Source: Antedon mediterranea
Lineage: Eukaryota > Animalia > Echinodermata
DNA: 64,000 nucleotides
Reading direction: 5' to 3'
Assembly: GCF_964355755.1 (NCBI RefSeq)
Contig: NC_092670.1
Location: forward strand, 3,462,201 to 3,526,200
Positions 12,401 through 23,690 of this stretch are shown piece after piece. Every line of letters begins with the position of its first letter. Positions within the stretch are counted from its first letter, which is position 1. A program made the position numbers and the translations under genes. The notes beneath the pieces are model-generated. The model searched no databases and was not told where the DNA came from. It saw only the letters and a program-made list of their open reading frames with translations.

Positions 12401-15400
12401 AAACTTCTACTGTAATGATAATCATTGCCATGTGTCTGAACACCTTTGTTTTTTGTCTGAGGGTTCAATTTGACCTTGTTATCAGCATTGTACAGACCCT
12501 AATACTCCATAACTCTATTGGGTTTTAGCAGCATTTATTAGTGATCAAGGTGTACACAATACCTACCATCAGAATGGCCTCGGACATCTTAGAAAAGAAG
12601 AGGCGTTGGAACTCTGCTTTGTATTGATGTTTCTTGCTTAGACCAGTCTGCGCATTTGTTACTCTTTCCAGCATTTTGAGTACGTCAACATACGGTATTG
12701 GCGTCAGTCGGTCTTTCTCAAAACCAGGATACTGGTGTAACTGTGTGTCAAAGGTACATAAAACATATATGTCAAAGGTCAATAAAGGTCATAAAGGATA
12801 TACAATGTACAGTATGATCAAGTGTAAAATCTAATTTCCAATAATTGTATTGCTTTGTATTAATCTTGCAAATTAAAAGCAATTGGTGGCTCAGAAGAAC
12901 AAAATATAATAACCCTGGTGGTAGTGGTCTTTTACAAACAAGTATTATTGACAAATTATACCCTGTTCACACCTGCCAAAAGTAACAAGTTGTAATAAGT
13001 TGTAACTAAGGTTTCCATAGTGTAAAGACAATTTTCTGGAAAATCTCCTGAATCTCGGGAGAAAAACACACCAACAAGAGGCCCGTTATTTTTGTTCCAA
13101 GTTGTTGCTGCGTGCACGTGCATGCCCTGGTATCAAACTGACCAATCATCTAGTAATCAAATAGCACGCAACTATGCTTTCTCCAGAGATTGAAAAACAT
13201 GTAATAAATTGGGAGATCAAACCTGGTTACAAGTTGATAACAGTTTATGTGAAAAGGGTATAAAACTAAATTCATAACACTCACCTCCACCAGTTTTGGT
13301 CTGGTACTGGATGCCTTCTCTTTTGGCTTAACACAAACACACAAAATAACATTAGTATCAATAAGCAATATTGTTATACAATATACAGTATTCACAGCTC
13401 TATAAATAATATCTTTTTAGTCTTCCTGATAAATTTAATACATTTAAGATGTTTTTTTTTTAGTTGTTCAATTATATATTATTAGAATAATAATACCAAC
13501 AAATTTGCAACCAAAAAAAACAGATAAGAAATTATTTTACTTGTTTGCTCTTAGACTTGCCCCAAGTCTGTATTCATTGTCTTTTTTTTTATTTATTTGT
13601 TTTTATTTAGATTTTTGTTTGAAAATCCAAACTCAAGTAATACACGTATGAAACGCCATATGTGCAAACATATTTATATTTTTACTAATATTAAGACAAA
13701 ACTCCGTCTGGAGCCCAGACTAGTTTGCTCTATATTATTTTTTTTAATCTAAATTTAAAATTGTAGGCGTAAAGAAAGCAAATTTATATGTTACCTTTTT
13801 AGTCCCTTGTACTTTTTTCCAAACTTTCTGTTTGCCATCATTAAGTAAAGCTTTAAAAAAGTGTCAATATTGAAATCATGTTTGCTTTTAATTTGCAATG
13901 AGCATATTCATAATTGATATGGAGTTTTGATGGCAATCATAAGAATGAAATTGAATTATAGAACATGTTAATAAAATCGTATTACAAACTGGCCTAGTGT
14001 TAGTTACCACAACAAAACCAATTTTGTTTTATTTCTGATGTTTGACCAATCAGGATTGTTTGAGACACATTTATTATTATAAATATCATGAAGTACAGTA
14101 TTATGAAGGTTATTTTTAGTGCTAGATTGTACTTAGCTGACAGACCAAAGATAAGGTGCCAACTTGATTGTGATGATGTTGTAGTATTTAATTTAGTAGT
14201 AGTAGTAGTATTTATTTAATTTAAATATATAAACATAGTTAGGTATAAACACTATTAAAAGCAAAAAGGTGAAAATCATTGCATTTCCAGTGAAAAGGTG
14301 TTAATAAACAATCCAATGTGCAGCATACACCAAAACAGATAAAAACATTTGTAATTGTTTGAGCTACAGTAGGCCTATGTATAAATACAGATAAAGACCC
14401 ATAGGATATTGTTTGAGCTACAGCAGGCCTATGTATAAATACAGATACAGACCCATAGGATATTGTTAAGGATTATTAACCAAATAAAAATAAACAAAAC
14501 CCATTGAAGTTAGTAGATGACTGAAAAAATAAAGATTCCATTAACAAATGTTATCATTGAATAAAATGTGGTTATTAATACAGACACCCACAATTTTTTT
14601 TCACAGAAAAAACCATACCTTCATCTAGAGATAAATGATTACCTAAAATGGGATTAAGAATATGCATGCAGTTAGTGAGAAGAGAAAAGGATATTATTAT
14701 GTAGTTTTGGGAAGTGAAACAAAGGATATCATGATGATTAGGTAGTGTAAGAAAAGGGGAAAAGACCTTATGGAGTTTGTGGGAACAATAGGTAGTGTAG
14801 GGAAGTAAAAATAAGGATATGATGATTAGGTAGTGTAAGAAAAGGGGAAAAGACCTTATGGAGTTTGTGGGATGGGTAGAATAGATATCATGCAGTTAGT
14901 TCATTCAGGAAAGAGGATCAAATAATAATAAATTGCTTACTTGATTTCACAGAGTAAACTCCTGCAAATTGATTCAATTGTTTGACGTCTTGAGCTATAA
15001 AATAAATCATGATATTAAACTAATATAGTAATAATATGAATTATTGGAAAAATAATATGTAATAATTGATACTAAATGTGTTTTGGATTTTGTCATGGAA
15101 AAATAACATATTGCTATTATCATACCAGGGAGGTTAACTCCCTGATCATACTACTGTACTACAAGCCAGTGCACCAAATTTACTACACCATACACAATCA
15201 GTTAGTATCATGATTAGAAAGTTACAATACAAACAAGTCGGAGGACCTTTGGTAAGTATTCTGTCTTGGGGTGGTGAGGGCGTTCTACTCTCCTCCACAT
15301 TTGATCCTCTGCTGTCGATTACGAGCGAGGAGAACATCTGCAGCTCTCGGTCTAGGTTTGCAATTCGTTCGTTGACGCGTTCGATGCTGCCAACCAAGAA

Positions 15401-17234
15401 TGCTGAAAGTTCTTAATAGGAAAACACAAAAAGTGACACTAAATGCATGCGTTCCTGTGTTCAGATTCTCATATTTGCTTGATACTTGCTTGTGGGTCGG
15501 TTAACAAGCTAATTATAGCTTATATGACATTTCTTTCTTCTTTTTTCTGTACTATAATTATTGTATGACATCACGGTGGGAGTTTTATAAAGCATGGCTT
15601 TTTTATATTATTATTAACTGGTAAGCATAACTACTGTATGTTCTCTGGTATAATCCCCCTCCTATAGAACACGAAATTGGGCCAACTTTGTGGGGTAAGA
15701 TTATATACGGCCATACTGCGTTGAAACACCGGTTCTCGTCAGATCACCGAAGTTAAGCAACGTTGGGCCCGGTTGCGTTCTGGATGGGAGACCGTCTAGA
15801 AATCGTGGCGGGTGCTGTATATACTGGAGAGTGATGGTGTAATGGTAATGTTATGAACGATTTGCGCAATTAAAAATTGCGCAAAAAAATCCTTGCGCAA
15901 TTTGAAATTGCGCAAAGATTTTTTTGCGCAATTTCAAATTGCGCAATCAACTTGCGCAATTTCGAATTGCGCAAGAAAATCTTTGCGCAATTTTAAATTG
16001 CGCTGCACAATTTGTAAATTGCGCAAGATAGTTCTTGCGCAATATGACACCTTTGCGCAATTTGAAAACGAACTGTAAATTTTCCCATACATGGCTAGGC
16101 CTAGGCAGAGGAGTTTAAAATTTAGTATTTTATTATATAGGGTAAATAAGACCATTTCAATGAAGATAATGTTAATACTCACTTTTTAAGTTTTTAATAT
16201 TAGTTTAATAAGCTAGGCCATGTAACCTAGTCAGTATCAGTAGTCCAGACCCTAGCTAGGCTAGAGTAGTATAGCCGGCCGCCCGCGCCGCGCCCGCCTG
16301 GTGGAACACCACCGCTTCGTTTTCCTTCGTCGGTTCTTTGACGGTATGCTAACTTATAACAATATTTGCACTACTAAAATAAGGAAATGCGATATTTATC
16401 TTTAATTTTGAATCATTCTTAGAAATTACTATAAAAATATGGGTGTGCATGATTTCACAATCTGTCGAAAAACCTTGCGCAATTTGCAGATTACTTGCGC
16501 AATTTAATACGTTGCTTGCGCAATTTGAAACACATGTTTCAATTCAAATTGCGCAAGGATTTTTTTTGCGCAATTTTAAATTGCGCAAATCGTTCAAATC
16601 GCGCATAACAGTAATATCGGACTAGCATGTGATAGGCATGGGTTCGAGGTTATCTGTACCATACTAATTGCATCCTTAGGCAAGATGCTTTACTCTCATT
16701 GCCTAATCTGGTAGGCGCTGCACTGCTGGCTGCCGTGGGTCCGTGGAGGGCCTAATCCGAATTTCCTCACTGAGGACAAATATTAATACAAAATACAAAA
16801 AGTACTCAGGGAAACCCTCTAGGCTAGGCGCTGCCTCTGATTCAGGAAAAAAATTGATTGGTATTGTGGTATTTTATTATGCACGAGGATAGGCCTAGTA
16901 GTACAGAAATATATGTAGAAATTGGTGACACTAATCAAAGAGACCCATTCCCGGACCCATTGGTATAATGCAATAAATTCGTAGGCTAGAGGCCGTATGA
17001 ATATTCGCCCCTGGTAACGAGACGCCGAGTGCATGGCAACACAATCAACCTCGATTGAAAACAACAATCGACGGCTATTGATGACTAGCCTAGCTAGCTA
17101 GGCGAAAGGATACGAGCTTTGCGTGTCATTTGATCTTGTAATATTGATTGAGCATGATCAATATCTTCTTTAGTTTCTAGTAAATCTTCTCGGTAAATAT
17201 TCATAGGAGAATTAGCCCGATTTATATCCGCCAT
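6489..17234 (-). CDS. FAM227B: FAM227 family protein (FWWh domain), ~635 aa, 13 coding exons
   Basis: Exons (-): 17234-17114, 15411-15226, 14994-14941, 13850-13795, 13326-13285, 12740-12567, 11913-11773, 11378-11150, 10759-10314, 10011-9854, 9114-8962, 6817-6745, 6563-6489; total 1908 nt in frame. Motifs DLFWWFFLHRY, IFNRVAHNY, AYPDLLAQSVYCCFCEAFPDS..FNDDFKEDL..W.AG and FNVCGQSPL match FAM227A/B. A versus B cannot be resolved. AATAAA near 6307-6312. Confidence 0.85.
6976..7131. mobile_element. ~150-bp MITE family A (PIF/Harbinger-like), copy 1
   Basis: TIR AGCT(C/T)TGTCTACACTATCAAAC...GTTTGATAGTGTAGACA(A/G)AGCT flanked by TTA on both sides; nine related copies in the window. Confidence 0.85.
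7455..7900 (+). mobile_element. CR1-clade LINE 3' fragment
   Basis: LYRSVVRPHLEYCSVIFN...RIYNVQNKFIR...LENRR..FDMVFLY; ends in a hairpin-like GTGGCGGTTTCATCGC and an (AATAA)n tail; related to the 5070-5931 fragment. Confidence 0.82.
11485..11624. mobile_element. MITE family A copy
   Basis: Same TIRs and internal GATGTGCCCATATATGGACATGATGATGTC core; TWA flanks. Confidence 0.85.
15703..15822 (+). pseudogene. Degenerate 5S rRNA copy serving as a SINE head (not a functional 5S gene)
   Basis: TACGGCCATAC..GTTGAAACACCGGTTCTCGTCAGATCACCGAAGTTAAGCAACGT...TGGATGGGAGACCG...GGGTGCTGTA is colinear with metazoan 5S rRNA and keeps boxes A and C. It has several substitutions and no oligo-T terminator. Confidence 0.85.
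15849..16610. mobile_element. TGT...ACA-terminated MITE with TTGCGCAA subterminal arrays (Ginger-like), copy 1
   Basis: Ends TGTTATG / GCGCATAACA; 4-bp TSD GTAA; about 18 TTGCGCAA palindromes; near-identical inverted copy at 22165-23009. Confidence 0.85.
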
Positions 17235-17439
17235 TTCGTGTTTTTTATCACTATTTTCTAGTCACCGGCGTTTTTTGTTTATTATTGAAAATTTCTTTTT
17301 GTGATTGGTGGCGGTATTTAATTTGGTTGTGTATATATTATAATAATAGATTACTGTATACTTTTTACAACACAAAGTGTCTACTGCCTGTAATTTAAAT
17401 GATTAATTATTTATTTACTAAGAAATAAAGACAATTATT

Positions 17440-17921
17440 GTATAAAATTAAAATCAACTAATATGGGTCAGCAAAGTATAGCATATAGAGGACCTAAGCT
17501 ATGGAATCAACTTATAAGAAATATAAGAGAGAGTGAAAATATATCAATATTTAAAAAACTATTACTAAATAAATGCATTAATAGTTATAAAGAAACAATA
17601 TATCTATGCGAAAACAACATTTGTAAAATATGTCTAACTTTAACTTAATTAATTACATTTTTGTATATATTCTGAGACTGATGTATATATATATGTTATA
17701 TTATAGTACGTTGTATTTTCCTTCATTTATTTACTACATGAAAACATTTTTTGTAATATATTTGTAAATTTATATTTTAAGTTAGGGTGCCACAGATTAA
17801 AAGCTTTGCTTGCTTGTGGTTATCCTGTTTTTCACACTTTATTGTACTTAATCTTTTATTTATATTTTTAAGAATGTTGTGTGAAAAATAAAAGAATCAA
17901 TCAATCAATCAATCAATCAAT
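17440..17921 (+). mobile_element. LINE 3' fragment (L2/Crack-like) with (ATCA)n tail
   Basis: SIAYRGPKLWNQL..NIRESENISIFKKLL is a typical LINE ORF2 C-terminus; followed by a 3' hairpin region (17785-17826), AATAAA and ATCA repeats at 17896-17921. Confidence 0.75.
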
Positions 17922-18591
17922 AGTATTATGGTAGAGGAAATATGGCAATATGAATTTACAAAACTCATCTTACTAAATTGGCTATTGCATTTGTAAAATT
18001 ACTGTATTATTTCACAGTGAAAAACAAAAAAAAAATCTGTTAAAAATAAAACAAATTTATTTGGTTTTGTTTATTAATATTTTCAACCACAATCCATACA
18101 TTATAAATATTAAAACAAATACAGTAGAGAATTGTATTATTATGTCATTGAATACTACCAATTTATCAAGGTGTAAATATCAATAAACAATTTAAAATTC
18201 AGCTTGAAACACCAACACTCATTTCTCTGTCTGTAATTATGAGGTAACACAAATTAAAAACTTGTTAATTATATAACATGGGAGGATACAAGATTAAACA
18301 ACAACACTATGATTAAATCTATGTACAGCTATTTACACCAGAATACAAACTTGAAATGCTCATGTAAACCATTTACTATTTTAGGACTGTACACGCAACT
18401 AATCCATCATCAAAACTGCTAAAGACCAATATTAACCCAAACACAGATTACACCTGTCGTCCTTGTGATACCATGTATGCTCCCCTCCCACCACTTCTTC
18501 AACCCAGCCCCATAGCATTGTTTTACTACCCATGAGATACAATATAGCAAATAAATTTGTGGTGCGCCATGTCTTTCCAAAAGGAAATAAA

Positions 18592-18749
18592 TCTCTGTCT
18601 ACACCATCAAACTTTATGCGACAAACAAATTTGATGTGCCCATATGGACATGATGATGTCATATTACTACCATATTTGGGCACATCACTACTATATTTAG
18701 GCACATCACACTTTTATTGTCAAACTAGTTTGATAGTGTAGACAGAGCT
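18592..18749. mobile_element. MITE family A copy
   Basis: Same TIR and core as the other family A copies; accounts for the spurious ORFs 18432-18704 and 18532-18741. Confidence 0.82.
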
Positions 18750-19508
18750 TAACATAAAGTCTCGATGTTTCTGGACATCTCAACTGCTGAAGAAGTAAGT
18801 ATGAATATTTTATACAAGTTGTTTTTGTTAAGATCTTTGAATCTTTCAATGGAATATTAAGTTAATTGCTTAGTGGAAAAATATTGCCTATAAGAAATTA
18901 ATTATTGTAATGGCAAATTGACTTGCCTTGGCCGTGATACACTATATAAATGGCATGGTAACGATAGTCATGGTAACAGTAACAGTTATTAATTAAGGAT
19001 AACTTAATGTCAACCCTGGCTTCTTTAAGATGATGATGGTTACAAATGATTATGTATGCAATATCACTTGATGTAATTTATTACCTCAGACTATATTTAA
19101 TTACTTCGTCAAGGTTATTTGAATAAGTAAGAATAATCATGATAGATGTTGCCCTTAAAAATTAAGAAATAATTTAAAAAAATAAAAAATAAACTTCTCT
19201 AACCATAACTTACACTTTGATATTTTGTAAAGTACAGTACCACTATTTCTATAACAATGTATTTATACTTATTCATTAATATGATATACTGTGTATATAT
19301 ACTTTATTTGTATATTTCATTTCCAGAAAATAAAACATAATATGTACTACAGTAGATATTTTTATACATTTTGTAGCGAAAATAAAAGGGTGGGAAAGAT
19401 TAGTAAACATTTAGCTTTAATAAAGGAATGAAGTTGCACATATAAAACACTACTTTACTATAAATTGCACATATAAAACATTTACTATAAATATACATAA
19501 ATACTGTA

Positions 19509-19808
19509 TGCTGACCATTGGAATACAGACCAGCTTGAAGTTGACCATTGAAATACAGACCAACTTGAAGTTGACCATTGAAATACAGACCAACTTGAAG
19601 CTGACCATTGAAATACAGACCAGCTTGAAGTTGACCATTGAAATACAGACCAACTTGAAGCTGACCATTGGAATACAGACCAACTTGAAGCTGACCATTG
19701 GAATACAGACCAGCTTGAAGCTGACCATTGAAATACAGACCAACTTGAAGCTGACCATTGAAATACAGACCAACTTGAAGCTGACCATTGAAATACAGAC
19801 CAACTTGA
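19509..19808. repeat. Minisatellite, 30-bp unit x 10
   Basis: Unit GCTGACCATTGAAATACAGACCAACTTGAA. Confidence 0.95.
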
Positions 19809-19940
19809 GGTTTTATTGGTCCTTTTAACTGCTTTGGTCAACAATTATAACTGATATCTTTGGTACTAACTAAGTTTGTTCATAGGGACTTAATTCAGAT
19901 TTACATCTCATTATACCGGTTGTAATCTTTGCTCATTTAA

Positions 19941-20041
19941 GCTCGGTACCCACTAAGGTGCAATGCAAGGACGTAACAGCAATGCAAGTAATTTGACCAA
20001 CCATGATGGATGAGAAGCTGCATCCTAGTGGGAACCAAGCT
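19941..20041. mobile_element. Short MITE family B (AGCTTGGTTCCCACTAG-type TIR), degraded
   Basis: AGCTCGGTACCCACTA...TAGTGGGAACCAAGCT with TWA flanks; related copies near 47770-47800 and 54896-55026. Confidence 0.6.
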
Positions 20042-20349
20042 TAAAGCACACATTTTTTGGAAATTAGATTATCTCAATGTGGTTACATAGACAATGTACA
20101 CATTTTAGTGGCAACTTGATCCCATAAATGAAACCATTAATTGCTAATTATCACTAGGAAATTTTTTAAAGCCAATGAGTCAAGCCTATCTTTTAGATTT
20201 ATATAACAATTTTGAGTAATATTAATACTGTACTAATGTGTAAATTTCTATTTTTAGTAAAGGAAAAAAAAAAAAATATGGCACCGAATATAATACATCT
20301 GTTTTGGTGGTTTGCATTGTTATAACTGGCATCTGTGGACAACTAAACT

Positions 20350-21820
20350 TCAGTTGATTGCGTACAATTTCAGTTGATCTTTGACCTCTGTCATGTCCTC
20401 GATGCCAAATGTGTCTTTGCTTTGTTCCATCAGTTTAAAGATTGCTTCTAGCTGGGTTTTTCTAGCTCTGTAAAACATTAAATATTGTTTTGCATTTTTA
20501 AATGAATTTCACACATAGACACTTTTGATTGCTGATTGGTTAGATCAGTGTTTCTATTTATTCTTTCTTTTGACTGGATTGCATTTTCAGTAACGCAGTA
20601 CTGCTTTCCAAAATGGTCCAGTTATAAGTTTAAAAGTAAATAAAAATTATAACATAAATACACAGTAGGCCTAATTTAAAAGATATATACAGAACAGTTA
20701 AAAACAAATAAACACTCGAATTATTTACACCACCAGGTTTTTCTCAGTATTTTATATCCCCTCCTCAATTATTTGTCGTCCATTGGCATAATCGATCAAT
20801 CCTTAGCGCTTTCAAATTTCAAAATCATTATGATTGAATATTACAATATATCATCACCACCTGACAATGCCCGAAACATGTATTGATAAATTTATATAGA
20901 GGCAGTTTTAACTTGTTTGATTTTGATTATTTTTATCAGTTCTTTTATATGCAGCTCTTTGATTTATATTACAATATATAAATACATAGGGAGTAAATCA
21001 AAATATTAAACATTAAGATGAATGTGATTCAATTATCAATGATTCATGTTAAAATTTCAACAACAAAAAATTCAAAATCGTGAATCAACAAATCTGTCGT
21101 TTACTCACTCGGATTCAGCATTGATCTGCGTTTCTGTCATATCGCCCTCAAGTTTCTCTTTGATCTTTTTGTGCCGCACTTGTTTCAGCTTCCCTTGAAG
21201 ACTCTCGCATCTGAAATCACTGCCACCATCCCCTTCGTCTCCACACTCATCTGTTGCCATCGATGATTCTTCAATCTCCTCTATTTCTTCAGGTTTGATG
21301 AGCAAATCATCAATATCATTATAAGAGGCTGTCTCTTCACTACTTTCAACTTTATTTTCCTTTTGAAAATAGAAGAAAAAATTAATACTCAAAATTATTG
21401 TTTTTTTTTGTCTAAAGTAATCATTCCATTTAAAACTTGAAAATTGTTTTTATACATTGAGTCTGTTATAATCATATACAGTAATTGCTTTATTTTTTTT
21501 ATTTTTATTTTTTATTTTTTTATTTAATCAGGGATCTGTGTCTCCCTGAAAAAATAATTTTTAATATTTTGTAAAAAAAATTAAAAAATGGTGTACAGTA
21601 TATGCATGCATGATTTTGTCAGAGTACTTGTGTGTACCCGCTGTTTTTGTTCATGAAACATTCATTGTTGCGATTGTGAAATACTAACCTGTTCTTTTTC
21701 ATGAGAATTCACAAATTTTCTTTGGAATAACCTAAAAACAATCAAAACTGCGAGGAGGGTGATGAGACTTGCTGTAATACAATGTACACTGCCCTCAACA
21801 TCTTCTGGTATCTCTGTCAT
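20350..21820 (-). CDS. MXRA7: MXRA7-like single-pass membrane protein, ~166 aa, 3 coding exons
   Basis: Exons (-): 21820-21689, 21359-21109, 20467-20350 (501 nt, in frame). N-terminal TM (ITASLITLLAVLIVFRLF), acidic middle and C-terminus QLEAIFKLMEQSKDTFGIEDMTEVKDQLKLY, resembling the MXRA7 QLAAIFKLM...FGEMS..DVQEQLRLY tail. Probable 5' UTR exon with donor near 23132. Confidence 0.82.
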
Positions 21821-22164
21821 TTCTTATTTTTTCACAACTTTAGATAATTTTAAATGAAAAATAAAGAAAATGTTAATGTTCCGCTATTCATTCCTCTTTC
21901 TTTATTTGGTCACAGTATACAAAATATATAGGACAGCAACAAACAAAAGAATATCCAGAGTGGTTTTTGATTTGAGTGAGAATTATTCACTATTTTTTGA
22001 TAATTTTTTTTTATTAATAAATATTGACATTATTGTACACAATAAATATGCTGTTTTATGTATTTTTTGTGGAACTAAATAGAATTGGACGAGAGTCTAA
22101 AATTCTGTTGACAAAACCACCCGCCAACCAACATCGTTGTTTGATGATGATGATGTGTGTGGCC

Positions 22165-23009
22165 TGTTATGCGCGATTTGAACAATTTGCGCAATTTGAA
22201 ATTGCGCAAAAAAAATCCTTGCGCAATTTGAATTGAAACATGTGTTTCAAATTGCGCAAGCAACGTATTAAATTGCGCAAGTAATCTGCAAACTGCGCAA
22301 GGTTTTTCGACAGATTGTGAAATCATGCACACCCATATTTATATAGTAATTTCTAAGAATGATTCAAAATTAAAGATAAATATCGCATTTCCTTATTTTA
22401 GTAGTGCAAATATTGTTATAAGTTAGCATACCGTCGAAGAACCGACGAAGGAAAACGAAGCGGTGGTGTTCCACCAGGCGGGCGCGGCGCGGGCGGCCGG
22501 CTATACTACTCTAGCCTAGCTAGGGTCTGGACTACTGATACTGACTAGGTTACATGGCCTAGCTTAAACTAATATTAAAAACTTAATTTTTACATTTATT
22601 TTGATTTATTTCAAGTTACAGTGATAATATTATTTAATTGTAATAATAAATGTTATGTATTTATTATACATATGTTATCTTCGCATTTATTATGTTTTAT
22701 TTTGAGTTATTTAGTTTCCAATAAATTATTATAATACCGATTGTAGTTCGTTTTCAAATTGCGCAAAGGTGTCATATTGCGCAAGAACTATCTTGCGCAA
22801 TTTACAAATTGTGCAGCGCAATTTAAAATTGCGCAAAGATTTTCTTGCGCAATTTGAAATTGCGCAAGTTGATTGCGCAATTTGAAATTGCGCAAAAAAA
22901 TCCTTGCGCAATTTTAAATTGCGCAAGAATTCTTTGCGCAATTTCAAATTGCGCAAGGATTTTTTTGCGCAATTTCAAATTGCGCAAATCGTTCAAATCG
23001 CGCATAACA
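22165..23009. mobile_element. TGT...ACA-terminated MITE with TTGCGCAA arrays (Ginger-like), copy 2, inverted relative to copy 1
   Basis: Perfect TIR TGTTATGCGCGATTTGAAC / GTTCAAATCGCGCATAACA; 5-bp TSD TGGCC; about 19 TTGCGCAA motifs. Confidence 0.9.
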
Positions 23010-23690
23010 TGGCCTACTCGATCCTAGTACTGCTGCTGTCTGTGGGGCCCAGTCCAGTAGATAGGCCTAACTAAAACCAAGTAGCCTGGCTAGGGCCTAG
23101 ATAACTACCTACAAATGGAGACATTAGTTTACCTGATCTTGTTTGTGTAATATTCTTTAAATTACAAGGCCAATTTATTTTCAATACTGTACATCTAACT
23201 TCTCTCTTCTTTCAGCGCGCGCTCTGTCTTTTTTCTGATGTGCTGCTGCTGTACTACTACTGTGTGCTAACAAAAATAAAATACGAAACGGAGGGTAATT
23301 ACCGGTCTGGGCCGTAAAACCATATACATTTATCTCTCACATCATCATCATAATCCATAATCCACACGTGCTTTAATCAGTGAAGCGTAACTCGCTGTCG
23401 GCCCGGCCCCGGAGGATAAAAAAGCACTTTAAAAACGTAAAAAATATCTTTTAAATATAATTTTGTACATTAAATTTTATATATCACTGATTGATCAATA
23501 TTATTATTATATGTATGCAGCATGAATTGAACAATATTAAACTGAAAATTGGTAGTCCTAGGCCCTACTCACCAAATATTATTATTTTTGTAGCGCACCA
23601 GCCAGCAGTGCAGTGTGTGGTAGACCCGTGATTAATAATCTGCGAGTCGTTTCGTCCAGTATATATACCTATGATTTGTAATTGCTGCAA

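Larger units (their letters stand above)
15703..16800 (+). mobile_element. Chimeric SINE: 5S rRNA-derived head, tRNA-derived segment, CORE-like domain and (AATAC)n-type tail; interrupted by a MITE at 15849-16610
   Basis: 5S-like sequence at 15703-15822. Removing the insertion rejoins the A box TGGTGTAATGG (15835) to the B box GGTTCGAGG (~16640). CORE-like TGCATCCTTAGGCAAGATGCTTTAC near 16669-16693; tail AATACAAAATACAAAA to 16800. Confidence 0.78.

Noticed and set aside
15703-15822. Functional 5S rRNA gene
   Set aside because: Single copy with several substitutions, no oligo-T terminator, and fused to tRNA/CORE-like SINE parts.
19450-19844. Repetitive ORFs on both strands (MVCISMVSFKL, WSVFQWSASS, LTIEIQTNLK)
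   Set aside because: Read-through of a 30-bp repeat in several frames with no splice or start support.
15893-23027. LRNFKLRK/AQFEIAQ-type ORFs at 15893-16625 and 22024-23027
   Set aside because: Translations of the TTGCGCAA arrays of the MITE, open on both strands.
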